Below, one piece after another: positions 58,391-61,007 of a stretch of DNA of 61,007 bases. The notes below the pieces were generated by a model, which was not told where the DNA came from, did not search any database, and was given only the letters and a program-made list of their open reading frames with translations. The position numbers and the translations under genes were made by a program. Each line of letters opens with the position of its first letter. The stretch's first letter is position 1. Source of the stretch: a virus (taxonomy: Duplodnaviria > Caudoviricetes); the IMG/VR virus record IMGVR_UViG_3300028610_000483, positions 1 to 61,007 of that record, one strand, 5' to 3'.

Positions 58391-59218
58391 TTATGTCTCC
58401 ACAACTGCTAAGTTCGTTGGTGCTGTTGGAGCTTGGTTAGGAGCAGATTCAAAAAATCCGATGTCAGGCGCAGCCCCCAAAAATCCGTCAGTAATTGGAA
58501 CCACAACCTGTCCAGCGTCGGCACATGGAGACGAAGTAAGTATTGATAAATCTGGTTCAAGTTCTGGATCAACAAAAATATTATCTAACAAGCTGGGTGA
58601 ACCTTGAGTATCTGTATTGTTATTAAAAAAACAGCAATTTTCAATAATCAATATATCACCTACTTGTTCTCTAGCAGCAAAATTGTGATTCTGTAAGATA
58701 GTATTCTTAACAGTCATTGTTCCAGATTCAACAGCAACACCACGACCGTCGGCTGCGGTCGTATCAATAATACAGTTAGTAATTGTGCATACAGAACTAC
58801 TATTTAAACCACTACCGAACTGAACTACTTCTCGGTCAATCTGTCCTATAAAAACACATCGTTGAATATCAAGAGTAAATACACCTGAACTACCTTCAAT
58901 AACAGTTCCAAATTCAAACCCTGTATCCTTACTCTTCCAAGTCACATTTTTAATTGTATAAGTATGGGTTCCAGAACCATGTCTCCATTGGTATTTTGTG
59001 ATAATAACATCTCTAGGATCACCAGACACCGACTCAACCGTTAATGTTTTATTAACATTGACTTTTAAATTACCTTCATCATACGTTCCATTCTGAATCT
59101 TAATGACATCATTATCTATACCTACTGTCTGTGCTTTATCAACAGTCAAAAACGGATTGCCTACTGATCCATCACCTGTCGTGTCGTTCCCTGTTGTAGC
59201 AACAAAAATATCCGACAT
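58391..59218 (-). CDS. Right-handed parallel beta-helix (pectin-lyase-like) tail protein
   Basis: IFVATTGNDTTGDGS..NPFLT, GTY, ITNCII, VKNTIL, SSPCADAG...APDIGFFE. Confidence 0.8.
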   Translation of the reverse strand: MSDIFVATTGNDTTGDGSVGNPFLTVDKAQTVGIDNDVIKIQNGTYDEGNLKVNVNKTLTVESVSGDPRDVIITKYQWRHGSGTHTYTIKNVTWKSKDTGFEFGTVIEGSSGVFTLDIQRCVFIGQIDREVVQFGSGLNSSSVCTITNCIIDTTAADGRGVAVESGTMTVKNTILQNHNFAAREQVGDILIIENCCFFNNNTDTQGSPSLLDNIFVDPELEPDLSILTSSPCADAGQVVVPITDGFLGAAPDIGFFESAPNQAPTAPTNLAVVET

Positions 59219-59228
59219 AACTTACTCC

Positions 59229-61007
59229 TTAGTTAATACCTTCAATAACCGAACGAACTCGTTTACGAAAATCAGGGCCGGTCAATGCCGCCCGTAATTC
59301 AGTTCTAATCTTTCGTAGAATCTCTTCTGTGTCGAACGTTGCTTCGATACTAACCGGAACATCCACATTATTTTGAATGGTTTGTGTAAGAAAAACTTTA
59401 GTTAAACGGTCAGCTTCTCGTTGAGCGTCTGAAAGTTCTCGTTGAACATCTAACCCTCGTGCTCGGTCAATAGGACGATTTCGTTCAATCAAACCACGTT
59501 GACGCAAATCTTCAATGACTTGACGAGATCGTTCTTCTTCTGGAAAAAACTCACCGAGTCGTTCTCTGGCTCGTTGGCCGAGTCCTGAAACACCAGACTG
59601 TCCAGTTGCAAATCGAATCAGTTCTTCAAGTGCTCCCTTATCAGAACGAAAAAATGCTTTGTCTAACTCACTAACAAGACGTTCGATAACATCAACATTA
59701 CCTTGAACAGCACTCTCTTGAGCTTTAACTTGACCAAGAATAGCTTTCTCTAATTCTAGTTGAGCACGTTTAGTGTTTAAGAGTCTACTGCTTTCACTCC
59801 CTAGTCGTGAAGCAATAAACAACTGATCTCTAGCCAACTCAACAGGACTCACACCGGCTAAACGTCGTAAATCAACAACGCCTTGCAGTTGTGTTTTCTG
59901 GATTGCTGTAGCAAATCGTCCAGCTTCATCAGTCAGTGTTTTAGTAATCTGAGCTAACGCTTGATTAATTTTGACAACTCGATCTGTAACATTTATAACA
60001 GAAGCATACTCATTTTTCAGGTCTTCAACGCTATTCGTCTGAATTTTCTGTATCGTTAAAAGTTCTTTCTGTGAATCAAGATTCCTAGCATTACTTTGAC
60101 TGATAGAAGAATTTAACTCATCTAATTTCTGAAAAGCTGGAACAGCTTGAGAAACAATCCGTCGAATTAAATCATTTTCTATACCCAACAAGTCAACTTT
60201 TTGTTGACTCGTAGTAACACTAAGCCGTTCTGCTACAGTTAAACGAACACGTTGGTCAACAGCTTCTTCTGCGGCTTTTTGTTGGGCATCAGAATCAGAA
60301 ACACCTTCATCTATTGTCGGGGTGCCAGAGGGAACACGATTTAGCAATCGTTGAAGTTCTGTAAACACAAAACCGGCACCTGGGCCTGGGGTTATTACCT
60401 CAAAAAGTCTGCCGAGCTGTCTAGTCATTGCAGGTAAATCTCGACGACGTTGCAACAAGTCGTCAAGAGAATCTACAAATGTGTTGATTGGTTCAGCAAC
60501 GTCTTGTTGAATCCGTAAAGCATCTTGAATTCCACCAACCGAAATTACACTAATACCTCGTTGAAGACCTCCACCAAAACTTCGTTCAACAATATCTCGT
60601 GTCTTAACAGCAAAACCTGCTGCTGTCTCATTTGCTTTTTCGATAGACTCACTAACTTTATCCCATTCTTTAACAATCAAAGCTATAGCACGAACACCAC
60701 GTTTACCAAAAACCGCAGATAATTTCGCTTGGTTCTCTAATGACGAAGCTGAATCTCCAATAGAGTCACTAAGTTGATCAAATACATCAAGAATATTTAA
60801 CGGCTTAGTTGGATCAAACACAATACCAAACTCTGTTCTTAGTTTTTCTGCGTTTTTTGCCATAACAAGAAGTGATTGGTTAAGACTTGTTCCTGCCTTC
60901 GAACCACGTAACATATTAGTATTTAAAAATCCAATAATTGTTACTAGATCACCAAACTCAATATCTGCTAATGATGCTTGGGCCGTAACAAATTCTAATG
61001 CTGATCT
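59229..61007 (-). CDS. Tail tape measure protein, C-terminal part (joined to 1..1050)
   Basis: LRGSKAGTSL, LSAVFGKRGVRAI TMP motifs; long helical region. Confidence 0.92.
   Translation of the reverse strand, partial: RSALEFVTAQASLADIEFGDLVTIIGFLNTNMLRGSKAGTSLNQSLLVMAKNAEKLRTEFGIVFDPTKPLNILDVFDQLSDSIGDSASSLENQAKLSAVFGKRGVRAIALIVKEWDKVSESIEKANETAAGFAVKTRDIVERSFGGGLQRGISVISVGGIQDALRIQQDVAEPINTFVDSLDDLLQRRRDLPAMTRQLGRLFEVITPGPGAGFVFTELQRLLNRVPSGTPTIDEGVSDSDAQQKAAEEAVDQRVRLTVAERLSVTTSQQKVDLLGIENDLIRRIVSQAVPAFQKLDELNSSISQSNARNLDSQKELLTIQKIQTNSVEDLKNEYASVINVTDRVVKINQALAQITKTLTDEAGRFATAIQKTQLQGVVDLRRLAGVSPVELARDQLFIASRLGSESSRLLNTKRAQLELEKAILGQVKAQESAVQGNVDVIERLVSELDKAFFRSDKGALEELIRFATGQSGVSGLGQRARERLGEFFPEEERSRQVIEDLRQRGLIERNRPIDRARGLDVQRELSDAQREADRLTKVFLTQTIQNNVDVPVSIEATFDTEEILRKIRTELRAALTGPDFRKRVRSVIEGIN
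60864..61007. repeat. Terminal overlap, copy 2
   Basis: Identical to 1-144. Confidence 0.97.

Noticed and set aside
1-61007. Stop-codon reassignment
   Set aside because: Long conserved genes are intact under the standard bacterial code, and TAA, TAG and TGA all end genes at coupled junctions.

Overview
The window is a complete, circularly assembled tailed-phage genome, siphovirus-like. Bases 1-144 are identical to 60864-61007, so the unit length is 60,863 bp and the tape-measure gene is split across the ends. Two gene arms diverge from a ~1.8 kb non-coding control region (19030-20880). The minus-strand arm (19026 down to 1, then 60863 down to 52728) carries lysis-like, packaging, head and tail genes. 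The plus-strand arm (20890-52772) carries small early genes, a tyrosine recombinase, RuvB, a Cas4-like nuclease, a primase-helicase, family A DNA polymerase and many host-like accessory genes (def, mgtC, deoC, ClpP-like, SemiSWEET, RNA ligase). The strongest unexplained signal is a ~630-650 nt, densely base-paired, pseudoknotted minus-strand RNA (about 19045-19697) with its own promoter at the head of the late arm. Also notable: (a) a sigma factor apparently split into separate sigma2 and sigma4 genes, with a matching second promoter class (GGGGGTTGAAAAAnTAG); (b) a perfect 36-bp palindrome among many hairpins; (c) a lysis region with a trypsin-like protease and a TM plus beta-barrel-like protein but no recognisable endolysin; (d) a possible dNTP-to-deoxyribose catabolic gene set. 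All protein calls are motif recognition by eye; no searches or folding programs were run.
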